From assembly GCA_965603825.1 (NCBI GenBank), contig CBFDEM010000025.1, forward strand, positions 124,001-188,000: DNA of 64,000 nucleotides. The letters are read 5' to 3'. The notes below the pieces were generated by a model. That model was not told the origin of the DNA. It saw only the letters and a list, made by a program, of their open reading frames with translations, and did not search any database. A program made the position numbers and the translations under genes. Shown one piece after another: positions 11,487-24,381 of this stretch. This DNA comes from Blepharisma stoltei ATCC 30299 (lineage: Eukaryota > Protista > Ciliophora). Every line of letters begins with the position of its first letter. Within the stretch, counting starts at the first letter, position 1.

Positions 11487-12196
11487 TTAAGTCATATCTT
11501 CTGCTTTCGTAAATTCCGAAATCACTACAATATATTCATGCTTTTCCCTAATGTACAATTATTTTTTTTTTGTAAACTAGGAAGATCAAATATTTTTGAA
11601 AAAGTATTTTTCCTAACTGAATAGTAATATAAGCCAGGCAGATGAGTTCCTGCAGCAAGAATATCGTTACCATAAACCTCTGCAGCAACAGACCCAGAAT
11701 CGAAAGGTAGCGGTGCTATGCCTATTCATTTATTAGTCCGTATATCATATTTGTCGTATTCTTTCAATATTTTATACGCAGTTTTAGACCCCCCAAATAT
11801 ATAAATTTGCCATCCGACTAGAGCCAGACCTGCTCCACTACGTTTTCTTCCTGATTTTTTAAGTTTTACTTCCATTGAAACTAAATCAACAATCATTGCT
11901 TCTTTTATTCCATATCAGTTTTTATTGAATCCGCCATATATAAAAAGTAGAGTATCTGAAAAAAGACAAGTCATCTCTTCCTCGTAAGCTTAAGATTGAT
12001 ACCGGAAGAATATTGGCGTGAACCTTCTTATAATTTGTTTTAGCATCTCATGATATTATTGAAGTCTTATAAGGAAAGTAAATTTTCCTTTGGATTAGCT
12101 CGACTTGATTTTCGTGTCCCCTGAAGCTGAAAGATCAGCTTCATTGCTTTGCTCTAATAATGGCAACTCTAAGAGAGTTAATCTCACTGGCATCAT
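11487..12196 (-). pseudogene. Kelch-like family copy 2 (frameshifted, premature TAG, 3'-truncated)
   Basis: Near-identical to 12704-13567; 1-nt deletion near 12118, indel plus TAG near 11548-11570, homology ends near 11487. Confidence 0.82.
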
Positions 12197-12703
12197 TTTG
12201 CAAATTAAGATTATGGAATATTTTTCAATGATATCGAATTGTTTCTATGAACTCTTTTATGAGCAAATCCAAAAGAATAAAAATCTTAAATTGGATATTT
12301 ATTTTGCATTTATGTCAAGGTAGAAACTATGCATTTTTTCACTATAAATTTTTTGATTTTCGTTAAAGCTGAGTTTCCATTTATATTTTTGAAATATAGC
12401 TAAAAAATAACCAAAACAATGATTAATAGAGATAGGTTTACAGGAGAAAAAGAGCCAGACTGCTTTGGGATGCAAAATTTTAAACTGAAATCCGAAATGA
12501 AAACCCCAAATCAATAATTTTTTCTTCAAAAATGAAAAAAAATATAGTTTTAAAATGGCTATTTAAACTTAATGGAATTTTATTATTGTGCTTTTTTATG
12601 ATTACCCCACAACTCCCCTTCATTGATCTTTGCTCTACGACAGCAAAAAAAATGCAACAAAATCTTTAAATCTCATTTTAATTTAAAACTGAGCTAGTTA
12701 AAT

Positions 12704-13567
12704 TTATTTAAAACTCTTTTTAAACTTGTCAAGTATTCCAGTGTGCAAATCAAATACATATATTCCCATACTATTGTCTAAAAAAAAAAGTTCATTCTCA
12801 ATTCTAACATGCTGACTAAGGAGCATATTGAAACCATAATAATACCCGATTATACGCCACTTTGTTAAGTCATATCTTTTGCTTTCGTAAAATCAGGAAT
12901 CATTACAATATATTCAGGCTTTTCCCTCATGCACAAATATATTTTTGTCTTGTAAAATAGGAAGATCTTTTATCTTTGAAAAAGTATTTTTTCCAACTGA
13001 ATAGTAATATAAGCCAGGCAGATGAGTTCCTGCAACGAGAATATCGTTACCATAAACCTCTGCAGCAACAGACCCAGAATAGAAAGGTAGTGATGCTATT
13101 CTTATTCATTTATTAGTCAGTATATCATATTTGTCGCATTCTTTCAATAATTCATATTCATTTTTATACCCCCCAAATATATAAATTTGCCATCCGACTA
13201 GAGCCAGGCCTGCTCCCCCACGTTTTCTTCCTGATTTTTTAAGTTTTACTTCCATTGAAACTAAATCAACGACCATTGCTTCTTTTATTCCATCTGAGTT
13301 TTCTTTGAATCCGCCATATATAAAAAGTTGAGTATCTGAAAAAAGACAAGTCATTGTTCTTTCTGATGAGCACGAGATTGATACCGGAAGAATATTGGCA
13401 TGAACCTTCTTCTCATATGTTTTAGCATCTCATGATATTATTGAAGTCTTATAGGGAGAGTAAATTTTCCTTTGGATTAACTCAATTTGATTTTCGTGAC
13501 CCCCTGAAGCTGTAAGATCAGCTTCATTGCTTTGCTCTAATAATGGCAACTCTAATTTCTCACACAT
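12704..13567 (-). CDS. Kelch-like beta-propeller protein copy 3 (intact, 287 aa)
   Basis: Open from ATG 13567 to TAA 12704 with TGA=Trp; LFIYGG, IYIFGG, CDKYDILTNK-W(TGA) kelch units. Confidence 0.85.
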
Positions 13568-14051
13568 TTATTATAGTTAATAGCGAAATATGAAGCCAAA
13601 TTTAGAAGTTTAATAAACAATATGAAATATCTTTTAAAAGATTTCGATTTCCTTTTTATCAACTCTTTTATAATTAAATGCAGAAGAAATAAAAATCTTT
13701 AAGTGGATAATAATAATAATTGGTAAGAATTAAAGCTTTCTCTTTAATAAATGCAAAATTCTGTACATGCAAAGCCTTTAATATGTCATCTTTGCGACTA
13801 AATAAAAATTTTAACCAAATTGCCTAACCTTATTTAAATATTGCCTATATTTATAACTCAATTCTTTTATTTTGCATTTGTGCTAGGTAGAAGCTATGCA
13901 ATTCTATAAATATTTGATTTTCGTTAAAGCTGAGTTTCCATTTATTAAATTAAGCAACCCATTTATTATTAAAAATATGGTGATTTATAATCAATTTTAT
14001 AGAAAATTTTTTTTAGTTACTAAGTCAATAAATTTTAATTTAAAACTAATT

Positions 14052-14896
14052 TTAAAGCTTTTCAAGAATTCGTCTGCGCAAATCAAATACATATTTTCCC
14101 ATGGCTTTGTCTGCGTAATAAAGCTTATTCTCAATTCTAACATGCTGGGTAAGGTGCATATTGACACCAGAAACGTCCCCGAGTTTATTCCATTTTGTTA
14201 AATCATATCTTCTGCTTTCATAAACTCCAAAATCACAATATATTCAGGCTCTTCCTTGGTGAACAATTATGTTTTTTCTTAGTAAACTAGGAAGATCAAA
14301 TATTTTTGAAAAAGTATTTTTCCCAACTGAGTAATAATATAAGCCAGGCAGATGAGATCCTACAACAAGAATATCGTTACCATAAACCTCTGCAGCATTA
14401 GACTCAGAGCATAAAGGTAGTGGTGCTATGTTTATTCATGTATTAGTCCGTATATCATATTTATCGCATTCTTTCAATATTTTATGTGTATTTTTAGTTT
14501 CCCCAAATATATAAATTTGCCATCCGATTAGAGCCAGGCCTGCTCCACCCCGCTTTCTTCCTGATTTTTTAAGTTTACTTCCATTGAAACTAAATCAACA
14601 ATCATTGCTTCTTTTATTCCATCTCAATTTTTTTTGAATCCGCCGTATATAAAAAGTTGAGTATCTGAAAAAAGACAAGTCATTGCTCTTCCCCAATAGC
14701 TTAAGATTGATACCGGAAGAATATTGGCATGGACAGTTGTTTCATTTGCTTTAGCATCTCATGATATTATTGAAGTGTTATCGGGAAAGTAAATTTTTCT
14801 TTGGATTAGCTCAACTTGATTTTCGTGTTCCCCTGAAGCTGTAAGATCAGCCTCATTACTTTGCTCTAATAATAGAAACTCTAATTTTTCACACAT
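14052..14896 (-). pseudogene. Kelch-like family copy 4, full length with a single 1-nt frameshift (pseudogene or assembly error)
   Basis: ATG 14896, TAA 14052; aagtttactt at ~14574 vs aagttttactt in paralogs. Confidence 0.72.
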
Positions 14897-15649
14897 TTAT
14901 TATAGAGCCCCTTTATGAGCAAATGCAAAAGAATTAAAAATCTTTAATTGAAATAATAATTAGGTAAGAGACAAAGGATAATAATTGGGTAAGAGACTAA
15001 CTCCCCCCCCCTCCGGAGCGCAGATTTTATTGGAATAGGAAAGATGTTAAAATTGATATTAAGGAAATAAAGCTGTTTAGGCTTCAGGAGATTCAGTATT
15101 CCTTAGAATTTATTGATTAAACAAGAAAAAATTTTTGAAGATGAATTTAGATGGGATAGACTGGCTTATCATTAAATCTTTATAATAAAGTTGCTTATGA
15201 TAACAATAATAAATAAAATTATATATTAAAAATAAATTATGAAGAGGAGTTAATTCATATAAGAAGAAATTCAGCTTCACATCAGGAAATCTATAAAAGG
15301 CGTCCAACTTGCAAAATAGAATTTTAATAATAAAACAAGGATGTATATTCACTTATTCTCCTGAAATAAGAATTAAAAAATTAATAAAATATTCGCAAAG
15401 AAGATATCAAGCTCATAATCTTGAGTGTAAACGGCAAACTGCTTATTTCAATCAATTTCATTAAGAATAAGTGAACAAAAGAAGAAATTGAATAAAAAAA
15501 GGAATTAATAGCGGTTTGGAGTAAGCAGATGACTATGAAAGCTCTATAGTCAAAGATTAATATAAAAAATGTTGATGAAATAAATAATTTTTATTAGTTT
15601 TGAATAGAATTTCATAAGAAATAAACATTAATTACCATTTTTGATAAAT

Positions 15650-16027
15650 ATGAGACGCCAGAAGAGGTTCGGATGCAGGTCCGGGAACACTATAAAAAAA
15701 TGCCCTACATGCTCCTTTACTGTCTACTCTATTATCAGTGGAGAGAGCAATTTTGCATCTGGATGTGTCCCAAGCGATTCGGAAGAAATTAAGATCAAGA
15801 AAAATGACAATTATGCTAGGAGAAAGTATCAAGCTCACAATCTCAGAAGTAAAAATCAATTTGGTTATTGCAATCATTCCCATAAACAATATAATAAGGT
15901 TGAAGACAAAATGCGCAGATCATATTGGGACAATAAAGATATCAGAATTGATATTAAGGAAACAGACAAAAATATAAAGCTATTTAAGCTTCAAAAGTTT
16001 GAGCATCCTTTAGAGCTTGTGTCTTAG
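15650..16027 (+). CDS. Small basic hypothetical protein with CxxC (125 aa); best-preserved member of a local repeat family
   Basis: ATG 15650 to TAG 16027; degenerate copies at ~10790-11170, ~15020-15200 and ~15380-15460. Confidence 0.45.
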   Translation: MRRQKRFGCRSGNTIKKCPTCSFTVYSIISGESNFASGCVPSDSEEIKIKKNDNYARRKYQAHNLRSKNQFGYCNHSHKQYNKVEDKMRRSYWDNKDIRIDIKETDKNIKLFKLQKFEHPLELVS

Positions 16028-16267
16028 ATTTGGGAAGATATCTGGAAGTAAGTTTTGGGGAATAAGACAGGTTATCATAATTCGTTGGAGATCTATAATA
16101 AAGTAACTGGCTTGTGGTAACTTGAATTTATATTTTTTTTTCTATCAAATTTAAAATCCTCTATATAGCACGTGTAGCTGTTATCAAAAAGAATAAATAT
16201 ACATATAATTGTTTAAAAAATATTAACTCATATTTCTCATCTGCACTCTTAATATTTAAAACGGATA

Positions 16268-17491
16268 ATGAAGTTTATCATCTTCCTCTTAGCTTTTACA
16301 CTTATCCTAGCCTATCAAAACTCTTTATCCCCTTCATCCTATCAAATTCCATTAAAACGAATATCTCTAAACAAGCAGGAAAAGCAAGCCCTCATATCTC
16401 TCGTCTCAAAATCCCAAACATCTCCAATCACCCTTTCAGACACACCTTCTAACAATTTTTTATCCCTAAAATCTCATTCGAAATCAAAAATCAAGCTAAA
16501 AAACTTTGCAAATACTCAATTTGTCGGCTCTGTAGGCATCGGGAATCCTCCACAGTTTCTCGACGTCATTTTTGATACCGGAAGTGCCAATTTCTGGGTA
16601 AATTCCAAGCTCTGCAAAGATCCACCATGTCTTCAGCACGATGCTTATGACCACACTAAAAGTAGTGACTATGAAACTTACGGACCTCAAGTCGAGGTCA
16701 CATTTGGAACTGGATCTATAGAAGGGATTATTAATTACGATACTGTCACTTTTGCAGGGCTTACTTTACATCACCAAACCTTTGGGGAAATAACTGATGA
16801 AGAAGGCGAAGTTTTTGACGATGGCAAATTCTGTGGGCTGCTTGGCTTAGCGTTTCCATCTTTGGCAGCTGAGGGAACTCTCCCTGTTTTTGATAATGTT
16901 ATCAAATCTGGACTATTGGAAAATAATATTTTTGCATTTTATTATTCATTAGATCCAGATGAGACCTCAGAATTAATGGTGGGAGATGTTAATGAGAAGA
17001 AGTTTAAAGGAGAAATTAATTGGGTGCCGATTATGGAAGGGTTTGAGTATTATTGGCTGATTGAGATTGAAGATATTAGGCTTGGAGAGAAAAGTTTAGG
17101 ATTGTGTGAGAAAAAGCCTTGTAGAGGTGCCGTGGATACTGGGACTTCGTTGCTAGCAGCCCCTTTTGAGCATTTATTTGCAGTTTATGAGAATTTAGAT
17201 TCAGACTGCACAAGTTACGAAAAATACCCTGATTTTGTATTTGTGATCAAAGGAAAAGAATATAGGATTAAATCTAAAGATTATGTAATTACTATGAATG
17301 ATGACGGTGAAGATAACCCTGGGATGCATTCTGATGATTTTAGTGAGTGCACTTTGGCTATTATGGGTCTTGATGTCCCTGAGCCTAGTGGCCCATTGTG
17401 GGTGCTTGGTGATATTTTCTTATCATCGTATTATAGCGTATATGATAGAGATAATAACAGAGTTGGCTTAGCAGAAGCTGTCCATAAATAA
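16268..17491 (+). CDS. Secreted/lysosomal A1 aspartic protease (pepsin/cathepsin D-like)
   Basis: Signal peptide, propeptide, FDTGS and VDTGT catalytic motifs, GLLGLAF, WVLGDIFL, YDRDNNRVGLA. Confidence 0.96.
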   Translation: MKFIIFLLAFTLILAYQNSLSPSSYQIPLKRISLNKQEKQALISLVSKSQTSPITLSDTPSNNFLSLKSHSKSKIKLKNFANTQFVGSVGIGNPPQFLDVIFDTGSANFWVNSKLCKDPPCLQHDAYDHTKSSDYETYGPQVEVTFGTGSIEGIINYDTVTFAGLTLHHQTFGEITDEEGEVFDDGKFCGLLGLAFPSLAAEGTLPVFDNVIKSGLLENNIFAFYYSLDPDETSELMVGDVNEKKFKGEINWVPIMEGFEYYWLIEIEDIRLGEKSLGLCEKKPCRGAVDTGTSLLAAPFEHLFAVYENLDSDCTSYEKYPDFVFVIKGKEYRIKSKDYVITMNDDGEDNPGMHSDDFSECTLAIMGLDVPEPSGPLWVLGDIFLSSYYSVYDRDNNRVGLAEAVHK

Positions 17492-17772
17492 GTATAGATT
17501 TAATGATAATTATAATTAAGACGCAACTTTTTATAAGTTTAAAGCTATCTTAAACATTATAAAATGCAGCCATATATAAAATATTCTTTATTTCAGTAAA
17601 AAATAAATAATTCTGACTATTTATCCTTTATAATTCAGTCTAATATTGTTGGAAAAATTGAAAAATTGCTTTCACTATTAAATCCTAATATCATTTCCAA
17701 ATAATGCTGCTAATGCTTGATTAAAAAATGGTGAAACTATTTTTTCAAATTTTGCATAAAAATTGACATTAA

Positions 17773-20307
17773 ATGAGCATTTTTTCATCATTTGCAAGCA
17801 ACAATAAAAGAGCTCCATCTGATTTCCAAATTGAACTATTTGATCCTTACCACGGCGAAGCCGACCAAGACGAATTCTCTGACATATCTCGGTCATCTGG
17901 AAATTTTGCCAAAACAATTGATGCAAAAATCCGATTTTCCAAAAGAAACTCCCTATTAATCGAAAGATTTAAAATTCCAGAACAAAAATCTGAATCCCCT
18001 CGTTTATCAATGTTTTCTGACTCAAAAATTGATATGATCGTAAAGGACCAAATTGGCCGAAAAAGAGGTAAAAAAAGATATACCTCAATGTCGTCAATAT
18101 CGACAAGAAAATCTATATTGGAGACAGGATCTTGTATAATGTGATATTTTATTAACGAAAAATTATTGCAAGATTTAATTCCCGATTTCGAAATGTTTCA
18201 ATGTAAAAAAATGTTCGAAGAAATTTTGAAAAAAGTCCCTAGCTGCCATGAAGCTAATTTTGGGTATGGAAGATTGTTATATTATGAAAGAGACATCGAT
18301 GGTGCCTTAAATTACATTAAAAATGCATTAAAATTCAAGCCAAAAGACTATCTGTATAGAATATGGTTTGCTTTTTTACAATTAAAAATGTCTTGGAAAA
18401 CTCGTGGAGATTTTATTACATGCAAATCATTATTAGAAGCCCTGAGGATAGAAAATCCGAATTCTTTAGAGATTCTGTGAGGATTAATGGAACTGAGCAT
18501 GAGTGGGCTGCTAAGGGTTCAGAGCGAAATAGAGCTCCCTGAGTACTATGCCAGCCATATAAAAGAAAATGACAATTATTATGGATATTTAGCATGAGGG
18601 GTTTTATTTTTACAAAAAAATCCTGAAAAAGGGATTTTGCTATTTAAAGAAATGCTTAAGAGATTCCCTAATAGGCCAGAAGCATATATTGTGCTGTGGC
18701 AGCATTTTCATAAGAATAAAAATTATGTTTTATCAGAAGATGTAGCTGCTGAAGCTTTTTTAAAAGCTACAGAAGGAGAAAACAGCCAGTTTTATATTTT
18801 ATTATGTATCATATATGCAAAGGCGTATTTTAAAAGAAGTAAAATTCATAGCTGTCTTGAGCTTCTAGAGCAGAAATTTATTGAAAGGCCGACGTGCTCT
18901 GTCCTAATATATCATTATGGAAAATATGCGACTAAATCTCGCAATTTAAATTATCGAGGAGCTGCTATAAGTGCATTGGCAGAAAGTCTTGAACATAGCA
19001 GTAAAAATAATTATGGAAATATTCATTATTGACTATCCAAAGCATATATATTAAATAATCAACCATTTGAAGCTTATTTATCTATGAAAAAAGCGTTAAA
19101 ATATCTAAAAAACACTGATGAAAACAAAATTCAAGAAATTAAAAAGAAAATTGAAGAAATTAAGCCAAAAATTGATATAATTGAGCATATTGACAGCAAA
19201 ACGACGACTAAATTTGGAAATAAATTAGAAATCGAAAAGCATAAAATTCAATGTGAACAGTTAAAAAATTTTCAAAAAGGCTATTCAGATATCTATTTGG
19301 CCAAAATTTCATGGGCTTGTGGGAACGAAGATGACGCAATTACACTTACAGAAGAAGCTATTAAATCAAAAACTTTAAATTTTAAAGCCTATGAACAATT
19401 ATTTCATTATTTAGGACACAGTCATGACCAAGCAAGCATAAAAAAGCATGCAAAAGAAATGATAAAAAAAGCCAAAAACCCTAGCTTGCCTACACCATTA
19501 TGAGTCCAAGCCCATATCAAATATGCCAAATTAATAGAAAATTCCAACCCTGCAAAAGCGATTATAATCCTTAAATGCCTTGCAAAAGTATTCCCACCGC
19601 TATCACATGGTGAAATTCCTTATATAAAAGCCATAAAAAAAGCTGTAACATTGAGTGAGCTAAAAGAGGTTACTATGAAAATTGTGGAAAATTCTAGCTC
19701 TTATAATTATTCGAATTATAAAAATTCTCAAGTAGATTTACAGTATTATATGAAGGCTTATATTCCTGGAAGGCCTCAAGAAACTGATATAACTATAGAA
19801 ACATATTCCACAAATGATGAAACTAAAAAATTCGATTTAGCTAAAGAAATCAGGCATTTCAGCACAAATAGAAGCCTTACAGGGAAATCTGAAAGATATA
19901 CCTCACTCACAATAGAAACAGAATTTGAAGACTCAGAAACAAAATCAAAAGATAAAAATGCAATTCCTGTAGAAACCCCCAAAAAAGGGTCAGCCTTAGT
20001 TTTTCCAATATGCTCAAATCCTCACTTTTTGTATAAAATCGCTAAAATTGCAGTATTGAAAAGAGTTTGTATTGCAGATGGACTTTACGCTATAGAGGAC
20101 TTTTTATCGATTCTGAAACACAAAAAACAAAAGAAACACACCGAGGCTTTAAAAATTAAAGGCCTTTATTGAAAATCTTTTTTATTAGAAGAGTCTTTTG
20201 AAAGAGTCAAAGCCTTAGACCTCATGCGCTCAATACTGCCTGGGCTAATTAAATACAAATTTTCAGAAAAAGCCGAAAAAATCAAGACTTTTCTGTCAAA
20301 TCACTAA
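17773..20307 (+). CDS. TPR-like helical repeat protein (844 aa)
   Basis: Five ORF-track fragments share one frame joined by TGA; ends TAA 20305-20307; TPR-like units (EANFGYGRLLY...ALKFKP, GNIHY-W-LSKAY). Confidence 0.85.
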
Positions 20308-20332
20308 TAAATAATAATGCTTTATATAAATT

Positions 20333-20487
20333 ATGGAGAATATCTGAAAACAGAAATCATATAATTGATCTCTCAGAATATTATGTTATATTAGAAGATA
20401 CTGTAGAAGACTGCAATGGAATCACCCATGTACTCGGCATTGCAATTGTGAGGCTAAATGATAACTGCAATAATGCCAGACCAAGTT
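20333..20487 (+). pseudogene. Degraded LSm7-like duplicate
   Basis: Aligns to 24114-24347 with a ~78-nt internal deletion, indels and 3' truncation. Confidence 0.85.
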
Positions 20488-20618
20488 TAAGAGATTTATA
20501 ATAATAGCCTCCTTCTTAAAGATGTACAAAAGCTCAATTGTATCGAGAGCCCTTGGCGTCAAATGAGTGGAATATAGAATTTCCCGAATTTTGCTAAGTG
20601 TTTATGAAACAATTAAGC

Positions 20619-22012
20619 ATAATTATAAACTATAATAGAGTCCAACAGTTTGAAATATTTGCAAAGGGGAGCTTGAAATTCGACAAAATTTTAGAGTCCT
20701 TATTTTTTTTCGCTTATGGTGCAATAAACATTTTAATGCTTGAAATATCATTCAGTATTGGAAGCTCCTTTCCCATCAAATGAAATTTTCATTATGAATT
20801 ATCAGAAGTGCTTATATCCCTTCTGAAAAAAGAAAACTTGATCCTAATTGAGATGCATAAGGATGGTTTTAGGCAGACCCAAATAGACACATTTTTTCCC
20901 GGGATTAATATTGGACACCTGCTCAGGCAGGCCTGGTCGGCAAGGCCAGTGTTTTAAAGCAAAAAGCTTAATGCTTTCGTTTGTATGTTCAGAAGTCTTG
21001 AACTCAGTTAAACTATTTGATTTTATGCTTAAACGCTACCTCTTTATTAGGCTTCATATCAATATAACCCAAAATTTTAAAGTGCAGATATACTTATGGC
21101 ACTGAAATTAGAAATGGGGTATAAAAATCTAATAATAGTTAAAAGATGACCTAACATTAAAAAGCTAATTAATTTCTTAAATTATGCTCTAGAAAATAAT
21201 TCAGTAAATGGGACCTCATTATAATAAATGTCTGACATTTTTAGATTTTTGAACCATGGGTAGCAAGTTTGAAGAAAGAGGTGTTTTGAAGAATTAGACA
21301 CTGACGGAGACGGTAAAATTAGCATGTCCGTCCTTGAAGAATGAATGAGAATTGGATACCGTAGACCTGAAAACACCAGAATTGTTGATGAAGAACTGGT
21401 CACTAATATTTTAAAAATAATTCAAAAGCAATACGCTGATGAAAACGGAAATATCACTCTTTTTGCCTTTTCTCTCGCATTTTCATATAGGTAACTTGAT
21501 TATTGGATTAAAGGATCAGTTGACATGGAAGACTTCAAGTTAATTGTTGACAAAATGGGCTGAACTGATGATGACATTATGCAATGATTTCACTATCATG
21601 GTCTCCTTAAGGGAGATGCAATAATTGGAATTATTGGTTATGAAAAGTTTTTTTTTAACCCAATGAATGATGTATCTTGGTTTTATCATTAATTAACTAT
21701 GGTTTGTTAGATTGCCATAATTAAATTGTTTAATTTGTTTAATTCTTCTTTTAATTAATAGGGGGACTATAAATATATAATTATAAACTATAATGGAGGT
21801 CCAACAGTTTTCTTTTTGTAAAGGGGAGCTTGAAATTCAACAAAATTTTTAGAATCGTTATTTTTTTCGCTTACATCCAAATTCGTCCTATGGTGCAAGA
21901 AGCATTTTCATGCTTGAAATACCGTTCAAAATTGGAAGTTCCTGCTTCCCCACTAAATAAATTTTTATTTTGAGTTATCAGGAGTACTAATATCTTCCTG
22001 AAAAAGAAAACT
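20619..22012 (+). repeat. Diverged ~220-bp direct repeat pair (20619-20838 and 21777-22012) flanking an EF-hand remnant
   Basis: Shared ataattataaactataat..gtccaacagttt..aaaggggagcttgaaattc..tgcttgaaata..gaaaaagaaaact. Confidence 0.8.
21228..21692 (+). pseudogene. Calmodulin-like EF-hand protein, two in-frame stops
   Basis: TAAATG start; CFEELDTDGDGKIS EF loop and ADENGNIT loop; in-frame TAG at 21261 and TAA at 21492; ends TAA at ~21692. Confidence 0.62.
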
Positions 22013-23824
22013 ATAATATATAATTATAATTCCACAAAGCAAACCGATTTCCAGAAACTAAAAGAAGCAAAGCTAAATGAGCAAATAATCTTTTCCTAAT
22101 GCAATAAACTCTATCAAGGACATAAAGGAAAGTTATTTGCCACTTTATTAGGCTCAATAAAAATTTTGAAATATGGCATAATTGGCGATGAATGAGAAGA
22201 AATACCATATGAATCAGTTTTTGAGCAAAAAAAGAGATGAAAAGGATTTGCTTTGCTGATAATTGAAATAAAAATTATTTTCTTAAAATCACCTCAGTTC
22301 AAGAAGGCAAGGAGATTCAAATATTAAAAATAGACACTTTATGAATTGAAAAATAGAATTGCTTTGGTAGATATTACTTGAGATTAAAGGATAAATTCAA
22401 ATTGTAATTTTTTGGCTGTTAGATTCAAAAGTAAAATAGTTATTTTTGGCTTAATTCAAACAACGTCTTGAGAACATAACTTTTATGACCTTTCAAAAGA
22501 ATTTATTTTAAAGTTTGCTGACAGACATTACTTTTTGGTGATGGCAATAGTGTTATTATATGAAATTTAAAATCTCAGAGCTCTACAATAATTCATGAAA
22601 ATATCTCAAATCACTAAAGGTAACAAATACGAGAGAGATATATGCTTACAATTTCCGAAGATCTAAAAATATGAGATTTTAAAGCCAAGAGCTTGTTGAT
22701 GACTTATAAAGAAAATTTAAATCCATACTTTAAAAATTTGTGAAATAAAGTCAACTATCGTTATAGCAAATAAAAATTCTCTAAAGATTAAGAGATTTAA
22801 CATAAAAAGAATATATTTCTGAAAATATTACAATAAAGCAAACTTGTCGAAATTTCGCATCAGCGTGATTTCATAATGGCCATTCAATGGCATATTGAGA
22901 ATAAATTACAAATCTGATAGCATTCTTATAAGAAATGAAAACGAAATAATTGATTTATGAATCCATGATATATCTATACATTGGATGTGTATAAAATCAA
23001 TAAAGAATGGAAAACTACAAATTGAAGCTTAACTTTAAAGTCATGCACCATTTAATTTACACCCTATTGAAATAAAAGAAAATGTTTTAGCATCATACAA
23101 TGAATTTAAAAATTTTATATTCGTTGTCGATTATAATTAAGAAGCTGAAAGAAATTAGAAGGCCAAAAAGAAAAAGTTGTGAGCTTTTATCAATCCAAGA
23201 ACAAAAGACTTATGATAAGTCAATCCATAGATTCTGAATGCATTGCTTTGGTGAATAAATTTATGGAAAATTATATATAAATTTGTAAACTTTCAATCAA
23301 TTATCAAATGAATCAAATTTGCATATAATGATAAGTATATACTGATCAGGCTAGCAAATAAAGAAATATTAGTGCTTTCCACTGTATCTTATAGATGCAT
23401 TAGTATCCTAAAAAATGATTCATCTTGTGCCTTTTCGAAAGTCTATAAAAAAGCTGAATTTTTATAAAAATTGCATAATTTATGTGCAAAATATAAAGAA
23501 TGGAAGCGATACTCCTCTGGCAGGTATTAGTGACGATAGCATTGCCTCGTTTATTTTGCAGCTGATAGAAAACAAGTTGCAATGCTTATGAACATAAGGG
23601 AATAGATATAATTGAATTAGAAAAATCATTATTTCCTCAGAAATTTTATCAGTATGGGATTGCTTTTTATATTGAAAGGAAAAGAAAGCCACATCTTTTA
23701 GGAAAGAATTTTAACTTATCAATGTTATTAGACTTTTAAATATAATAATTTAAGATTGTTTAATTCAAATTTATTAATATTTTATAAACTAAAATGATTA
23801 TTTATTGAAAATATTAGCTAAATT

Positions 23825-24113
23825 TTTATATAAAATCGCTAAAATTGCAGTATTGAAAAGAGTTTTATTGCAGATGGACTTTAGGCTATAGAAGACTTTT
23901 TATCAATTCTGAAACACAAAAAGCAAAAGAAACAACCGAGGCTTTAATAATTAAAGGCCTTTATTGAAAATATTTTTTACTAGAAGACTCAAAGCCTTAT
24001 ACCTCATGCGCTCAATATTGCCTGGGCTGCTTATACAAATTTTCAGAAAAATTCGAAAAAACCACGACTTCTCTGTCAAATCACTAATAAAATAATAATG
24101 TTTTATATAAATT
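23825..24113 (+). pseudogene. Degraded duplicate of the TPR gene 3' end plus intergenic spacer
   Basis: Aligns to 20027-20332 (aaaatcgctaaaattgcagtattgaaaagag...ctgtcaaatcactaataa) with indels and stops. Confidence 0.88.
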
Positions 24114-24380
24114 ATGGGAGAAGAGCTGAAAAAAGAAACCATAATTGATCTCTCTGAATATTACAAAACAAAAATCAGGGTAAGTTTGGTCGGAGGAAGA
24201 GAGCTTACAGGTATTTTAGGTTCATATGACAAAATTCCTAATGTCGTATTAGAAGATACTGTCGAAGACTACAATGGAAATACCCGTGAGCTCGGCATTG
24301 TAATTGTGAGAGGCCAAATGATAACTGCAATAATGCCAGACCAAGTTGAAGAGACAGAAAATCCATTTACTAATAAATAG
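24114..24380 (+). CDS. LSM7: Sm-like protein, LSm7/SmG-like
   Basis: IIDLSEY..TKIRV...GGRELTGIL.SYD...NVVLEDTVE...RELGIVIVRG...ENPF; the C-terminal NPF is typical of LSm7. Confidence 0.82.
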   Translation: MGEELKKETIIDLSEYYKTKIRVSLVGGRELTGILGSYDKIPNVVLEDTVEDYNGNTRELGIVIVRGQMITAIMPDQVEETENPFTNK

Positions 24381-24381
24381 T

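Noticed and set aside
14953-15023. Short duplication (taataattaggtaagagac / taataattgggtaagagac) followed by a C-run and GC patch
   Set aside because: Looks like a rearrangement junction in the repeat array; it is not a telomeric repeat and too short to support a function.
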